A stretch of 64,000 nucleotides of DNA, taken from assembly GCA_958453305.1 (NCBI GenBank), contig CAUDXH010000003.1, forward strand, positions 20,637 through 84,636, given 5' to 3'. A program made the position numbers and the translations under genes. Numbering within the stretch: position 1 is the first letter of the stretch; every line of letters begins with the position of its first letter. The stretch comes from an uncultured Bacteroides sp. GTDB taxonomy: Bacteria > Bacteroidota > Bacteroidia > Bacteroidales > Bacteroidaceae. The notes beneath the pieces are model-generated. The model saw only the letters and a program-made list of their open reading frames with translations. It was not told the DNA's origin and ran no database searches. Shown here one piece after another: positions 21,070 through 32,100 of the stretch.

Positions 21070-22389
21070 ATGAAACGAAGTGCTTTTTCTTTAATTATGT
21101 TAGCTTCTGCTTTTGCAGCACAGGCACAAGACCCGATAATTCAGACAAATTATACGGCTGATCCATCGCCGATTGTTCTAAATGATACGATTTTTCTTTA
21201 TACTTCGCATGATGAAGACGATGCAACTGGATTTAAAATGTTAAACTGGTTGTTATATACTTCTACTGATATGGTAAATTGGACAGATCATGGAGTGATT
21301 GCATCGCTTGAAGATTTCAAGTGGAGAAAACGTGATAATGGTGCGTGGGCGCAACAGGTAGTGACACGTAACGGAAAATATTATATGTATTGCCCGCTCC
21401 ATGGAAATGGAATAGGGGTATTAGTATCTGATTCTCCTTACGGACCGTTTAAGGACCCACTGGGAAAACCTTTGGTCTGGCAACAAGAGCACTGGAATGA
21501 TATCGATCCGACTGTTTTTATTGATGATGACGGACAGGCTTATATGTATTGGGGAAATCCTGATTTATATATGGTAAAACTGAATGAGGATATGATTTCT
21601 TATTCGGGAAAGATTGAAAAACTGAAAACTCCTGAGCATTATCAGGAAGGACCTTGGTTTTATAAACGTGAAGGTAAGTATTATCTGGCTTATGCTTCTA
21701 CTTGTTGTCCGGAGGGGCTAGGATATGCTATGAGTGACAAACCGACTGGACCGTGGACCTTTAAAGGATATATCATGCGACCCACTGACCGTGATCGTGG
21801 AAATCATCCGGGTATTGTTGATTATAAGGGTAAAACCTATGTGTTTGGTCAGAGTTATGATTTGCTGAAAATTGATACACCTCAGCATTCTGAAAGACGT
21901 TCGGTGAATGCTGCTGAAATGAAATATAATCCAGATGGAACGATACAAGAAGTTCCTTACTGGAAAGACACTGTGTTGGAACAAATCGAACCTTTGAGTC
22001 CATACCATCGAGTGGAAGCTGAAACCATGGCTTGGGGAAAAGGCTTGAAGACTGATAAAAAAGCAGAAAGAGAAATTTATGTAACAAAAATAGATGATGC
22101 TGATGCATTGACTGTAAGAGGAGTAGATTTCGGGAAAAAGGGTGCGAAACGATTTACGGCTTCTGTGGCTTCTGCTTTGGGAGCTTGTTCGATTGAAATT
22201 CATCTGGATAGTGCAGAGGGACCTTTGGTTGGTAAACTGAATATAGAAAAAACTGGTGGCATGGATCAATATAAGGAATTTACTTGTAAAATTAAGGGAG
22301 CAAAAGGAATCCATGATTTGGTCTTCCGCTTTACAGGAAGTGCAAAAACCGATTTGTTTAACTGGGATTATTGGAAATTTGAAAAGTAA
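21070..22389 (+). CDS. GH43 + CBM6-like
   Basis: YTADPSP, TDMVNWTDHG, AWAQQ, IDPTVFIDDDGQAY, EGPW, NHPGIV; C-terminal VEAETMAW..VRGVDFG..DYWKF. Confidence 0.92.
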   Translation: MKRSAFSLIMLASAFAAQAQDPIIQTNYTADPSPIVLNDTIFLYTSHDEDDATGFKMLNWLLYTSTDMVNWTDHGVIASLEDFKWRKRDNGAWAQQVVTRNGKYYMYCPLHGNGIGVLVSDSPYGPFKDPLGKPLVWQQEHWNDIDPTVFIDDDGQAYMYWGNPDLYMVKLNEDMISYSGKIEKLKTPEHYQEGPWFYKREGKYYLAYASTCCPEGLGYAMSDKPTGPWTFKGYIMRPTDRDRGNHPGIVDYKGKTYVFGQSYDLLKIDTPQHSERRSVNAAEMKYNPDGTIQEVPYWKDTVLEQIEPLSPYHRVEAETMAWGKGLKTDKKAEREIYVTKIDDADALTVRGVDFGKKGAKRFTASVASALGACSIEIHLDSAEGPLVGKLNIEKTGGMDQYKEFTCKIKGAKGIHDLVFRFTGSAKTDLFNWDYWKFEK

Positions 22390-22395
22390 TTTACT

Positions 22396-23748
22396 ATGAA
22401 ACGACATTTGTTTTCTTTGGCAGCTTGTATGGCTGCGGTTGCCTTACAGGCGCAGAATCCGATTATACAGACATCTTATACAGCTGATCCAGCCCCGATG
22501 GTATATAATAATCGTTTATATCTTTATACCAGTCATGATGAGGATGGCTCTACTTGGTTTACCATGAATGACTGGAAACTTTATTCTACAGATGATATGG
22601 TGAACTGGACAGAGCATCCTGTTCCTTTGTCATATAAAACATTTGAATGGGCAGGTGGTGATGCGTGGGCTGCCCAGTGTATTGAACGGAATGGGAAATT
22701 TTATATGTATGTGCCTGTAACCGACCGTAAAGGGGCTACTGCCATTGGTGTTGCTGTGGCAGATTCACCTTACGGACCTTTTTATGATCCGTTAGGAAAA
22801 CCGCTGGTGCAAACTGACTGGGGTAATATTGATCCGACTCCGTTTGTGGATGATGATGGTCAGGCATACTTATACTGGGGTAATCCGAACTGCTTTTATG
22901 TTAAGCTGAATGAGGATATGATTTCTTTTGAAGGGGATATTGTGAATGTGCCGATGACTGAAAAAGCATTTGGTAAGCGTGAAGGGAATCCGGAACGTGC
23001 CACTTTATATGAAGAAGCTCCTTGGTTGTATAAGCGGAAGGAAGTATATTATTTGTTCTTTGCTGGAGGACCGCTTCCTGAACATTTAGGTTATGCTACA
23101 AGCTCCACTCCGGCTGGTCCATGGAAGTATGGAGGAACAATGATGCCTGCTGAAGGGGGGAGTTTCACCAACCATCCAGGTATTGTAGATTTCAAGGGAA
23201 ATACTTATTTGTTCTATCATAATGGAGAACTTCCTGGAGGAGGTGGATTTAACCGTTCGGTGTGCGTACAGCCTTTGACCTTTAATGCTGACGGAAGTAT
23301 TTCAAGCATGAAGATGGATAAGCAAGGTATTCGTAAAAGTCTGTCGCCGCTGAACCCGTATCAGAAAACAGAAGCAGAAACGATTGCTTGGTCGGAAGGA
23401 ATGAAGAGTTTCCAGTCTCCTCAAGTGGGGGTATTTCTAACAGCGTTGCGCGATGATGCTTTTGTTAAGGTGCGTGAAGTGGATTTTGGTAAGGAAGGAG
23501 CGTCTCGTTTCATTGCTCGTTTAGGAACCACTCATAATGAGAAGATTTTGATGGAAGTGCGTTTAGACAGTAAAGACGGGCAGTTACTGACTACGATGCG
23601 CGTACCACGTACCGGAGGCAGCGACCGATGGCGTCTGGTTGAAGCTGAAGTTCAGAAAGTAACAGGTGTACATGATGTATATTTTGTCTTTAAAGGAAGA
23701 GTTCCTAAGGATTTGGCTTATTTTGACTACTGGCGTTTTGTTAAATAA
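22396..23748 (+). CDS. GH43 + CBM6-like (paralogue of upstream gene)
   Basis: [63 protein letters not shown]. Confidence 0.92.
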   Translation: MKRHLFSLAACMAAVALQAQNPIIQTSYTADPAPMVYNNRLYLYTSHDEDGSTWFTMNDWKLYSTDDMVNWTEHPVPLSYKTFEWAGGDAWAAQCIERNGKFYMYVPVTDRKGATAIGVAVADSPYGPFYDPLGKPLVQTDWGNIDPTPFVDDDGQAYLYWGNPNCFYVKLNEDMISFEGDIVNVPMTEKAFGKREGNPERATLYEEAPWLYKRKEVYYLFFAGGPLPEHLGYATSSTPAGPWKYGGTMMPAEGGSFTNHPGIVDFKGNTYLFYHNGELPGGGGFNRSVCVQPLTFNADGSISSMKMDKQGIRKSLSPLNPYQKTEAETIAWSEGMKSFQSPQVGVFLTALRDDAFVKVREVDFGKEGASRFIARLGTTHNEKILMEVRLDSKDGQLLTTMRVPRTGGSDRWRLVEAEVQKVTGVHDVYFVFKGRVPKDLAYFDYWRFVK

Positions 23749-24020
23749 TGGCTGTATCGTATGAAGTATTCTTCTTTATCAGTGTAATGCCTGTATGGGG
23801 ACAGCCGGCTGCATCGTATCGGCAAGAAAATGGAAAAGTGGTTTTTACGATAAACGATGCCAAACTTCATATTTTGCCCTTGAGCGATAATGCTGTGAGG
23901 GTAAAATATGAACGGAAAGCTGTTCATCATTTTCCGGAATGGGTTTATGTAAACTCTGAAGGTCTGCCGAAGTATGCTTTTACTCACCATCGGATGAGTA
24001 TCTTCACTAGGAGTATCTAG
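23748..24020 (+). pseudogene. Truncated remnant of a secreted protein, possibly a GH31-type N-terminus
   Basis: Overlaps the upstream stop (TAATG); degenerate signal peptide, then SYRQENGKVVFTINDAKLHILPLSDNAVRVKY..PEWVYV, ending after 90 aa just before a terminator. Confidence 0.5.
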
Positions 24021-24039
24021 AAATTCTATTGTCTGGAAG

Positions 24040-24082
24040 AAGAGAGACCGTTTCACTTTGAGGCTGAAACGGTCTCTCTTTT
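24040..24082 (+). terminator. Rho-independent terminator
   Basis: AAGAGAGACCGTTTCA..TGAAACGGTCTCTCTTTT. Confidence 0.85.
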
Positions 24083-24131
24083 GCATGAATGCAGGAATAG
24101 GATATGAAAAACATTCATGAGATTATTATTT

Positions 24132-24198
24132 TGACCGATTTGAGACCCTTTATGACCTATTTATATACATAACGTTTCGTCAGACCACATTATCTTTG
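24132..24198 (+). promoter_or_regulatory. GH35 promoter: 21-bp-spaced direct repeat plus TATCTTTG -7 box
   Basis: TGACCGATTT (24132) and TGACCTATTT (24153); TATCTTTG at 24191-24198. Confidence 0.55.
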
Positions 24199-24233
24199 CA
24201 AAGATGAAAAACCAAATTCATAAGCTAAATATC

Positions 24234-26576
24234 ATGAAAAAACTATTGAGTTTCGGATTGTCGCTCTTATTGACCTTAGGAGGGATGTCCGTTGTGTCTT
24301 CTTGCTCTACGTCGGGAGCAAAAGAAACTTTTGAGGTTGGGAAAAATACTTTCCTGTTAAATGGGCAGCCCTTTGTTGTAAAGGCAGCCGAAGTGCATTA
24401 TCCGCGTATTCCGGAACCTTATTGGGAACAGCGTATTCTCTCCTGCAAGGCATTGGGCATGAATACACTTTGTCTGTATGTATTCTGGAATTTGCATGAA
24501 CAGCAACCCGGTCAGTTTGATTTTACCGGAAACAAAGACTTGGCTAAGTTTTGCCGTCTGGCACAGAAACATGGCATGTATGTCATTGTCCGTCCCGGTC
24601 CTTATGTGTGCGCAGAATGGGAAATGGGAGGATTGCCGTGGTGGTTGCTGAAAAAACAAGATGTACAGCTTCGTACGCAAGACCCTTATTATATGGAACG
24701 CGTAGGTCTGTTTATGAAGGAGGTAGGCAAGCAGTTGGCTGATTTGCAGATTTCGCGCGGTGGAAATATTATCATGGTGCAGGTGGAAAATGAGTATGGT
24801 TCATATGGTATTGATAAACCGTATGTTTCTGCTATTCGCGATATGGTAAAAGAATCGGGATTTACGGATGTTCCTTTGTTCCAGTGTGACTGGAGTTCGA
24901 ACTTTACGAATAATGCCTTGGATGATTTGCTTTGGACCGTAAACTTCGGAACTGGGGCAAACATCGACGAGCAGTTCCGTAAACTGAAAGAACTGCGTCC
25001 TGAAACTCCGCTGATGTGTAGTGAATTCTGGAGCGGCTGGTTTGACCATTGGGGAAGAAAGCACGAAACCCGCGATGCGGCTACCATGGTGAGCGGTATT
25101 AAGGATATGCTTGACCGGAATATTTCTTTCAGCTTGTATATGACTCACGGAGGAACTACTTTCGGCTGGTGGGGAGGTGCTAATAACCCGGCTTATTCGG
25201 CTATGTGTAGTTCGTATGACTATGATGCACCTATCAGTGAAGCCGGATGGACTACTCCGAAATATTTCCAGTTACGTGAACTCTTGCAGCAGTACATGCC
25301 CGACAGTATAACGTTGCCCGAACCTCCGGCTCCGTTCCCGGTAATCGAAGTGCCGGCTATTACCGACTGGCAGGTAGCTCCTTTGTTTAGTAATCTGCCC
25401 GAACCGAAGCAGAGCGAAAAAATCCAGCCGATGGAAATGTTCGATCAGGGATGGGGAAGTATTCTTTACCGCACCACTTTGGCGGAAGATGTAAACGGTA
25501 CGTTGCATATCGATGAGGTGCACGACTGGGCTCAGGTATTTGCCGACGGTAAGTTGCTGGGACGTTTAGACCGCCGTCGCGGAGAGTTTACTTTACCGTT
25601 GAAGGGCGGTTTGAAAAAAGGAACTCAGCTGGATATCTTGGTTGAAGCAATGGGACGTGTAAACTTTGACAAGTCAATTCATGACCGTAAAGGTATAACC
25701 AATAAAGTGGAAGTGGTAAACGCTGATAAAGCGATTGCCTTGAATAATTGGAGTGTGTATAATTTGCCGCCGTTCTACGAATTTGTGAGCAATAAGAATT
25801 ACAAGCCGGGAAAAGCTTTGCAGGCACCTGCTTTTTATAAGGCTACCTTTACACTGGAGAAAACCGGAGATACTTTCCTTGATATGCAGACATGGGGAAA
25901 AGGTATGGTATGGGTAAACGGTCATGCTATGGGACGCTTCTGGGAAATAGGCCCTCAGCAGACTTTATTTATGCCGGGTTGCTGGCTGAAGGAAGGTGAG
26001 AACGAGATTATCGTACTCGACCTGAAAGGTCCGGCTGAGGCAAAAGTGGTAGGATTAAAACAGCCTATTTTGGATATGCTTCGTGAAAAGGCTCCTGAAA
26101 CGCATCGTAAGGATGGTCAGAATTTGAAACTTTCATCGGAAAAAGTGAGCCATCAGGGAACTTTCGGTCAGGGAAACGGATGGCAGGAAGTGAAGTTCTC
26201 TGCTCCGGTTAGCGGTCGTTTCTTCTGCCTGGATGCGCTCTCCAACTATGATGGTACGAATATTGCTTCTATTGCCGAATTAGATGTGTTAGGAGCTGAC
26301 GGTAAACCTGTTTCACGTGAACCGTGGAAGATAATGTATGCCGACAGTGAGGAAACGCGTAGTGGAAACCGTACGGCTGATAAGGTGTTCGATTTGCAGG
26401 AAAGTACATTCTGGCAAACGGTAGATAATACGGCTTATCCGCATCAGTTGGTTATTGATTTGGGTAAAGAGTATAAGGTTACCGGATTCCGTATGCTTCC
26501 CCGTGCTGAGGCTGGTGCGCCCGGATTGATTAAGGATTATAAAGTTTATGTGAAAAAAACAGACTTTAAATATTGA
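24234..26576 (+). CDS. GH35 beta-galactosidase with C-terminal F5/8 (CBM32-like) domain, lipoprotein
   Basis: HYPRIP, RPGPYVCAEW, QVENEYGSY, SEFWSGWFDHWG, YMTHGGT, SYDYDAP; start placed at MKKLL (ORF track start 24204 abuts the promoter). Confidence 0.93.
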   Translation: MKKLLSFGLSLLLTLGGMSVVSSCSTSGAKETFEVGKNTFLLNGQPFVVKAAEVHYPRIPEPYWEQRILSCKALGMNTLCLYVFWNLHEQQPGQFDFTGNKDLAKFCRLAQKHGMYVIVRPGPYVCAEWEMGGLPWWLLKKQDVQLRTQDPYYMERVGLFMKEVGKQLADLQISRGGNIIMVQVENEYGSYGIDKPYVSAIRDMVKESGFTDVPLFQCDWSSNFTNNALDDLLWTVNFGTGANIDEQFRKLKELRPETPLMCSEFWSGWFDHWGRKHETRDAATMVSGIKDMLDRNISFSLYMTHGGTTFGWWGGANNPAYSAMCSSYDYDAPISEAGWTTPKYFQLRELLQQYMPDSITLPEPPAPFPVIEVPAITDWQVAPLFSNLPEPKQSEKIQPMEMFDQGWGSILYRTTLAEDVNGTLHIDEVHDWAQVFADGKLLGRLDRRRGEFTLPLKGGLKKGTQLDILVEAMGRVNFDKSIHDRKGITNKVEVVNADKAIALNNWSVYNLPPFYEFVSNKNYKPGKALQAPAFYKATFTLEKTGDTFLDMQTWGKGMVWVNGHAMGRFWEIGPQQTLFMPGCWLKEGENEIIVLDLKGPAEAKVVGLKQPILDMLREKAPETHRKDGQNLKLSSEKVSHQGTFGQGNGWQEVKFSAPVSGRFFCLDALSNYDGTNIASIAELDVLGADGKPVSREPWKIMYADSEETRSGNRTADKVFDLQESTFWQTVDNTAYPHQLVIDLGKEYKVTGFRMLPRAEAGAPGLIKDYKVYVKKTDFKY

Positions 26577-26650
26577 ATCTCTAATTTTTCTCTTTGGTGA
26601 GAGTCTGTCAAAGACTCTTCATTATTTTCTAAATTTAATTATATTCAATG

Positions 26651-26697
26651 ATGAAAACGCTTTGGCATTCCGTGAGGAACGTCAAAGCGTTTCATTT
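26651..26697 (+). terminator. Terminator after GH35
   Basis: AAACGCTTTGGCATTCC-GTGA-GGAACGTCAAAGCGTTT. Confidence 0.7.
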
Positions 26698-26761
26698 GTT
26701 TTGTATGGTCGTATGGATTGATTTGTTTAGGTGTTCTGACGACCGTGGAAAATAGGGGTAA

Positions 26762-26806
26762 AAAAATACTCTTGAAAACTTCGTCAAGCTTTCAAGAGTA
26801 TTTTTA
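26762..26806 (-). terminator. Terminator after rpmE2
   Basis: AAAAATACTCTTGAAA..TTTCAAGAGTATTTTT. Confidence 0.75.
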
Positions 26807-26828
26807 TAATAGTGAATCTTGTTTCAGA

Positions 26829-27083
26829 TTACTTTTTCATGCGGTTACCGTAGCGGCTCATGAACTTATCAACACGTCCGGCTGTATCTACCAATTTAGA
26901 TTTACCGGTGTAGAACGGGTGTGAGCTGCTTGAAATTTCAAGCTTAACACAAGGATAAGTTTCGCCTTCGAATTCTACTGTGTCTTTAGTAGCACAAGTT
27001 GAACGAGACAGGAACATGTCACCGTTTGACATGTCTTTAAATACTACCGGACGGTAGTTTTCAGGATGAATGCCTTTTTTCAT
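26829..27083 (-). CDS. rpmE2: 50S ribosomal protein L31 type B
   Basis: [39 protein letters not shown]; no CxxC motifs. Confidence 0.97.
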   Translation of the reverse strand: MKKGIHPENYRPVVFKDMSNGDMFLSRSTCATKDTVEFEGETYPCVKLEISSSSHPFYTGKSKLVDTAGRVDKFMSRYGNRMKK

Positions 27084-27227
27084 TTCAGTATATACTTTTT
27101 ATTATTATTATTTTGCTAAATGTGGTAACACTGCAAAAATGTGTAATGGTCTACATTTCGGGTTGCAAAGATACGCTTTTTATTTGAAATATAAAACTTT
27201 CCATCTTGTTTTTTTCTTCTCTTACGG

Positions 27228-27264
27228 AAAAGAAACGGAGAATATCACTAAGGATATTCTCCGT
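27228..27264 (-). terminator. Terminator after SusD
   Basis: AACGGAGAATATC..GATATTCTCCGTT with a T-rich tail on the minus strand. Confidence 0.8.
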
Positions 27265-27294
27265 TAGGTCAGGCTTCATGCAGAAGTCTTGATA

Positions 27295-29106
27295 TTATTT
27301 GAAGTTGTTTGGTTGTTGCCATTTTCCGCTGTTGTCCATGGTGTAGTCAGTATCCCACCAAACCCGTGTATTCTGGCTGTTGTCTTTTGGCATATTAGCC
27401 GAGTTGATAGAACCTTCAGAGTTAGGATATTTCACGCGGCTGATAAGCTGTTCGTTTGCTATTTCCGAACCAGAGTTGTTTCCACCTTCAGGTGTAAGGA
27501 TATAGCGTGGGTAATTGGTACGGCGCACTTCTGCCCAACCTTCATTTCCGTTAGGGAATACAGCAATCCATTTCTGTGTGATGATAGCTTCCAGTTTTTC
27601 TTCGTCTGACAAGTTGCTCCAGTTATGTAATGCCACCAGGTTATTTATATAATTGGTGTATTTAGCTGGCAGGATGCCGTAATAGTTCATAGAAGCTTCT
27701 ACTCCCTTTTTATATAAGTCTTGTGCATCCACATCACCCAGTCCCCAGCGAAGGTTTGCCTCGGCTTGGAGGAATAAGGCTTCCGCATATCCCATCCACA
27801 CGATTTCACGTGCATAGTTCCACCATATTTCCGGATTCATGTAATCCGAAGTGGTACTGCATCGGTTCGGGGAATAAACTTTAGTCTGACTTTGTCCTAA
27901 GGTACTTACTCCGTTGCGTACACCGTTAAAGTCCTTGGTTGATTCTTCCGGAAGGGCTTTGTTCAGCTTGTCAAATTCGGTCGGTCGGAACCAGAGGATT
28001 TCACAACGTGGGTCAAGAATACAGTTTTCTGACTTGTTGTTGAAGCGCAGCTCACTGTTCTTTTCACTTTTAGCTTCCCATTGTGATTTGTCGGCAGGTT
28101 CAACACCACCGGCAAATGACTGATTCTTGTATGCCCATTCCATTTCCTTGGTCAATACTACATTGGCTCCCCAGTTGAAGAGCAGAGCAAAGATGTTTTC
28201 ATTACCTCCGGCGATATATTGACGTTTAGGAGTCTGTTTCATATTGTCTTCATTGCCCTTCATCAGTCCGCCGTTCTTATCGTCGAATGCAGCAGTAGCT
28301 TGTTCTTGAGCTAACTGGGGATTTACGTTTGATACACGCAAAGCCAGACGTAAGCGCAGGGTGTTGGCAAAACGGCGCCATTTGTCCACATCTCCTTTGA
28401 AGCATTTGTCGTTATCGGCAAGCAGGTATTGTTGGGTAGCCGGAATGTTTTCAGGACGCAAGTTAGTAATCGCTTGGTCCAAAACCTTGAAGAGGTAGTC
28501 GTAAACTTCTTCCTGTTTAGAGTAAACGGCACCTGTTGCTGGTGGAAGAGCTCCCTTAATGTAATATTTAACCGGAACATCTCCGTACGTATCGGTCTGC
28601 ATAGATAATAGGAATGCGTAATAAATACGTGTGATGTTATAAATGGTATGGTAATATTTCGGATCTACGAAGTGACAGATTTTGATAATCTGGCTGTATT
28701 CGCTTACCGTACGGTCATCATAGAAGTGTCTCCAGCGGGCTGCCGACCATCCGTCGTTGTAAGAATAAGTCGGTGAGTTTTGCACGAATCCACTGACGTT
28801 ATTTCCCCAATAGCCGGCATAGATGTCGTGAGTCAGATTGGTAGTAATTTGGTAATCGTTATATGGACCTTCGTAAGTGAAGTTGGCAAATGTCTGTCCT
28901 AATGCACCTTCAATACTTCTCAGACTTTGTATGGCACTTGGAGTGAGTTCATAATCAATATCTATTCCGTCTGCACTGACTTCTCCCATAGTCGGGTCAT
29001 AAATCGGAGCATAAGGGTTGGTATTCAACTCTTCGAAGTCATGGCATCCGGTGGCAAGTACCATCAAAGCGCATGTTGCAACGGATTTGTATAAATTGAA
29101 TTTCAT
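27295..29106 (-). CDS. SusD-like lipoprotein
   Basis: Lipobox ATGC; TDTYGDVP, KWRRFANTLRLRLALR, YAEALFLQAEA, IITQKWIA..EGWAEVRRT, TRVWWD. Confidence 0.92.
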   Translation of the reverse strand: MKFNLYKSVATCALMVLATGCHDFEELNTNPYAPIYDPTMGEVSADGIDIDYELTPSAIQSLRSIEGALGQTFANFTYEGPYNDYQITTNLTHDIYAGYWGNNVSGFVQNSPTYSYNDGWSAARWRHFYDDRTVSEYSQIIKICHFVDPKYYHTIYNITRIYYAFLLSMQTDTYGDVPVKYYIKGALPPATGAVYSKQEEVYDYLFKVLDQAITNLRPENIPATQQYLLADNDKCFKGDVDKWRRFANTLRLRLALRVSNVNPQLAQEQATAAFDDKNGGLMKGNEDNMKQTPKRQYIAGGNENIFALLFNWGANVVLTKEMEWAYKNQSFAGGVEPADKSQWEAKSEKNSELRFNNKSENCILDPRCEILWFRPTEFDKLNKALPEESTKDFNGVRNGVSTLGQSQTKVYSPNRCSTTSDYMNPEIWWNYAREIVWMGYAEALFLQAEANLRWGLGDVDAQDLYKKGVEASMNYYGILPAKYTNYINNLVALHNWSNLSDEEKLEAIITQKWIAVFPNGNEGWAEVRRTNYPRYILTPEGGNNSGSEIANEQLISRVKYPNSEGSINSANMPKDNSQNTRVWWDTDYTMDNSGKWQQPNNFK

Positions 29107-29127
29107 AATAATTATTTGCTATTTGAA

Positions 29128-32100
29128 TTAGAAACCTAAACTAACTGATAAACCAAATGTCCGGGTAAATGGCAGTGCTGCATAGTCAATGGCCTGTGAG
29201 AACATGGTTGTGTCGTAACCACCTTCAGGGCTTGTACCCGGTGTATGTTTCAGTAAGTAACACAAGTTACGTGCAACGAATGAAACATTTAATGAAGTAA
29301 GCGGGGTTTTCTTCAACAAAGATGAAGGGAACGAATATCCGATTGAAAGTTCTTTCAGCTTGATGAATGAGGCATCGTAAATGAAGTCTTCTGCCTGCAT
29401 AGATCCGTAGTATTCAGAAGCTTTGGTCGGAGTTGTATTCTTCTGTCCGTCAGCATATACTCCCGGGAATACCATCATGTATCCGTTGTCTTCACCACGG
29501 TTGATGGTGCGTTTTGCCAAACCGTTTCCGGTAGCTAACATTTCAGAGTAAGAGAAGATGTCTCCACCGAACTTCATGTCGAACATAGCCGATAAAGTAA
29601 CCCCTTTGTAAGTGAAAGTAGGCGATACTGACATGGTCATTTTCGGTTGGATATTTCCAATCGGGTTGGCCAGTCGTTTATTTTCATCGGTTTCAGTTTG
29701 AGGAATACCTTTTTCGTTAACGATGATATTGCCGTTTTCATCGCGTTTGTAAAGGTTCTTGGCGTAGATGTCACCCAGTTTTCCTCCGGCTACGGCTCCT
29801 ACGTTGACAGGGAAGTTTCCGTCACCGTTGAAGTACATGAAGTTGACATTGTCTTCCGGAGCCAGTTCTTTTACTGTTGAGACATTATGAGCAATATTTA
29901 CGTTCAAGTCGAAGGTAAAGTCTTTGGTATCTACAAGGGTTGAATATAACATCAACTCTACTCCCTGATTGGTAATCATACCGGCGTTTACCCATTTACC
30001 TCCTGACCAAGGTGCTACTGAAGGCACTTTCATGATTTGGTTCTTGGTCTTGCTGTAATAGTAAGTAAAGTCAAATCCCAAGCGGTTGTTGAAGAACTTC
30101 ATGTCTAAACCGGCTTCATAAGAAGTAGCAATTTCCGGTTTTAGCTGGTCGTTCATTTTTACATTGTCTTTGCTTGGAGTAAGTACACCCTTATCATATT
30201 TAAACGCATAGGTGTTATAAAGCTGGTATGGGTCAGTATCTTTACCTACTTGGGCTGCCGACAGACGCAATTTTGCAAAGGTAATCCAGCTGGGCAGGGT
30301 TTTGTCAAGTGAACGTACAAAGTCGGAGATGACAAAACTTAAGTTGGCAGAAGGATAGAAGAAAGAGTTGTTGTCTAAAGGAAGTGTAGACGACCAGTCA
30401 TTACGGGCTGTTAAGTCTAATGACAGATATTCTTTCCATGCCAGCTGAGCTGATCCGAATACGGAGTTCATGGCACGCTTGTATCCTGTTTCGTTTACCG
30501 AGTTAATCTGGTTGGCTGCGTTTAGCATCCACGATGTTTTGTCTACCATGTTTCCTACGGTAGCAGTCAGCCCTTCAAAGCGTTGGTACATAAAGTTTCC
30601 ACCTACGGTAAAGCCCAGACGGAAGTTATCGGTCAGCTGACGGTCGCCCATCAACATGATTTCGGCATTCGATTCAAAGAAGTTCTCTTCTCCGCGGTTC
30701 ATTTCGTCGTTGGTGATGGTAGAGGGAGTACTCTCATTGTTGATACCGTCGCCGGCATTGGTGCTTTCAATGCGGGTACGATAATAGTCGAAAGCATATT
30801 TTGCCGATAAGTGCAACCAGTCAGTGAAATTGATACGTGCGGTATAGTAACCGAATGCACGCCAACGTTCGTCGGAGTTATGACGTTGGTTTATAATGTA
30901 ATAGGGGTTGCGGATGCCAGCAGTAGGACCATACCAGTTGGTGTGTACATGGTCTTCTGTTGAATATTGTTTCAAGTCATCCAGACGGATGTTATGAGGG
31001 ATACCCATCAACTGGTTGATAGCTCCATATTGTCCGTATTCTGGGCGGTTGGTAGCCTTGGTACGTGACAAGGAGATTTTGCCGTCCATTGACAGATACT
31101 TGTTCAGTTCAGTACCGGCATTCAAGTCCACATTCGTACGCGTCAGTTCTTCGGTCGGGAATACACCCTTATTGCTTGAATTACCGAATGATGCGCGGTA
31201 ATGTGATTTTTCTGTACCGTTGCTTACTGATACATTGTGTGTCTGTGAAAAGCCGGTATCGAAGTAATCTTTCAGCTTGTTGCCGTATTTAGAGTAAGCA
31301 TAGCTTTCACCATTCCATGCATTTACTTCATTACCATTCAGAACCGGTCCCCAGCTTCCGCTGTCTTCGTGTGAGTAAATTGCTCCTAACTGTCCGTTGT
31401 CTTTAGTGGCATCGTCGTTGATATGTCCCTGTCCGTAACGTTCTTGCATATCGAGAGTTTCTGCCACTTTGCTCCAAGTGAAGTTTCCGCTGTATCGTAC
31501 ACCGAATCCGTCTTTCTTGGAACCTTTTTTGGTAGTAACCAAGATGACACCGTTACCTGCACGGCTACCGTAAAGTGCTGCGGCATTAGGACCTTTCAAT
31601 ACAGAGATGCTTTCAATGTCGTCAGGGTTGATGTCCAAAGACGCACCGCCACGGTCTACACCTCCGAAGTAAGAAGCATCGGATGTGCTGTTGTCGCTGA
31701 ACGGAACGCCGTCTACGATCCACAGCGGCTGGTTGTTGTCGGTCAATGAAGAGTTACCGCGGATGGTGATTTTGGTTGAACCGCCTAATCCGGTAGCCGA
31801 AGTATTCATAGACAAACCTGCCACTTTACCTTGGAGGGCGCTGGTAACAGAAGGGTCACCGGTTTTGTTAAGTTCGTCGCTCTTCAGTTCCTGAACAGCG
31901 TAACCCAGCATTTTCTTTTCACGCTTGATTCCTAAGGCGGTTACAACGACTTCTTCCAAAACTTCGGTATCTTCTTTCATGGTCAGATCGATAACGGTCT
32001 TTCCGTTAACCGGAACTTCTTCGTTTTTATAGCCGATGTAAGAGAATTGGAGCGTTGCATCCGATGAAACGTTCAGGGTGTAGTTTCCGTCCCAGTCGGT

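Noticed and set aside
26829..27083. Zur-regulated zinc-sparing L31 paralogue
   Set aside because: No Zur-like box recognised; type B L31 is commonly the standard form in Bacteroidales.
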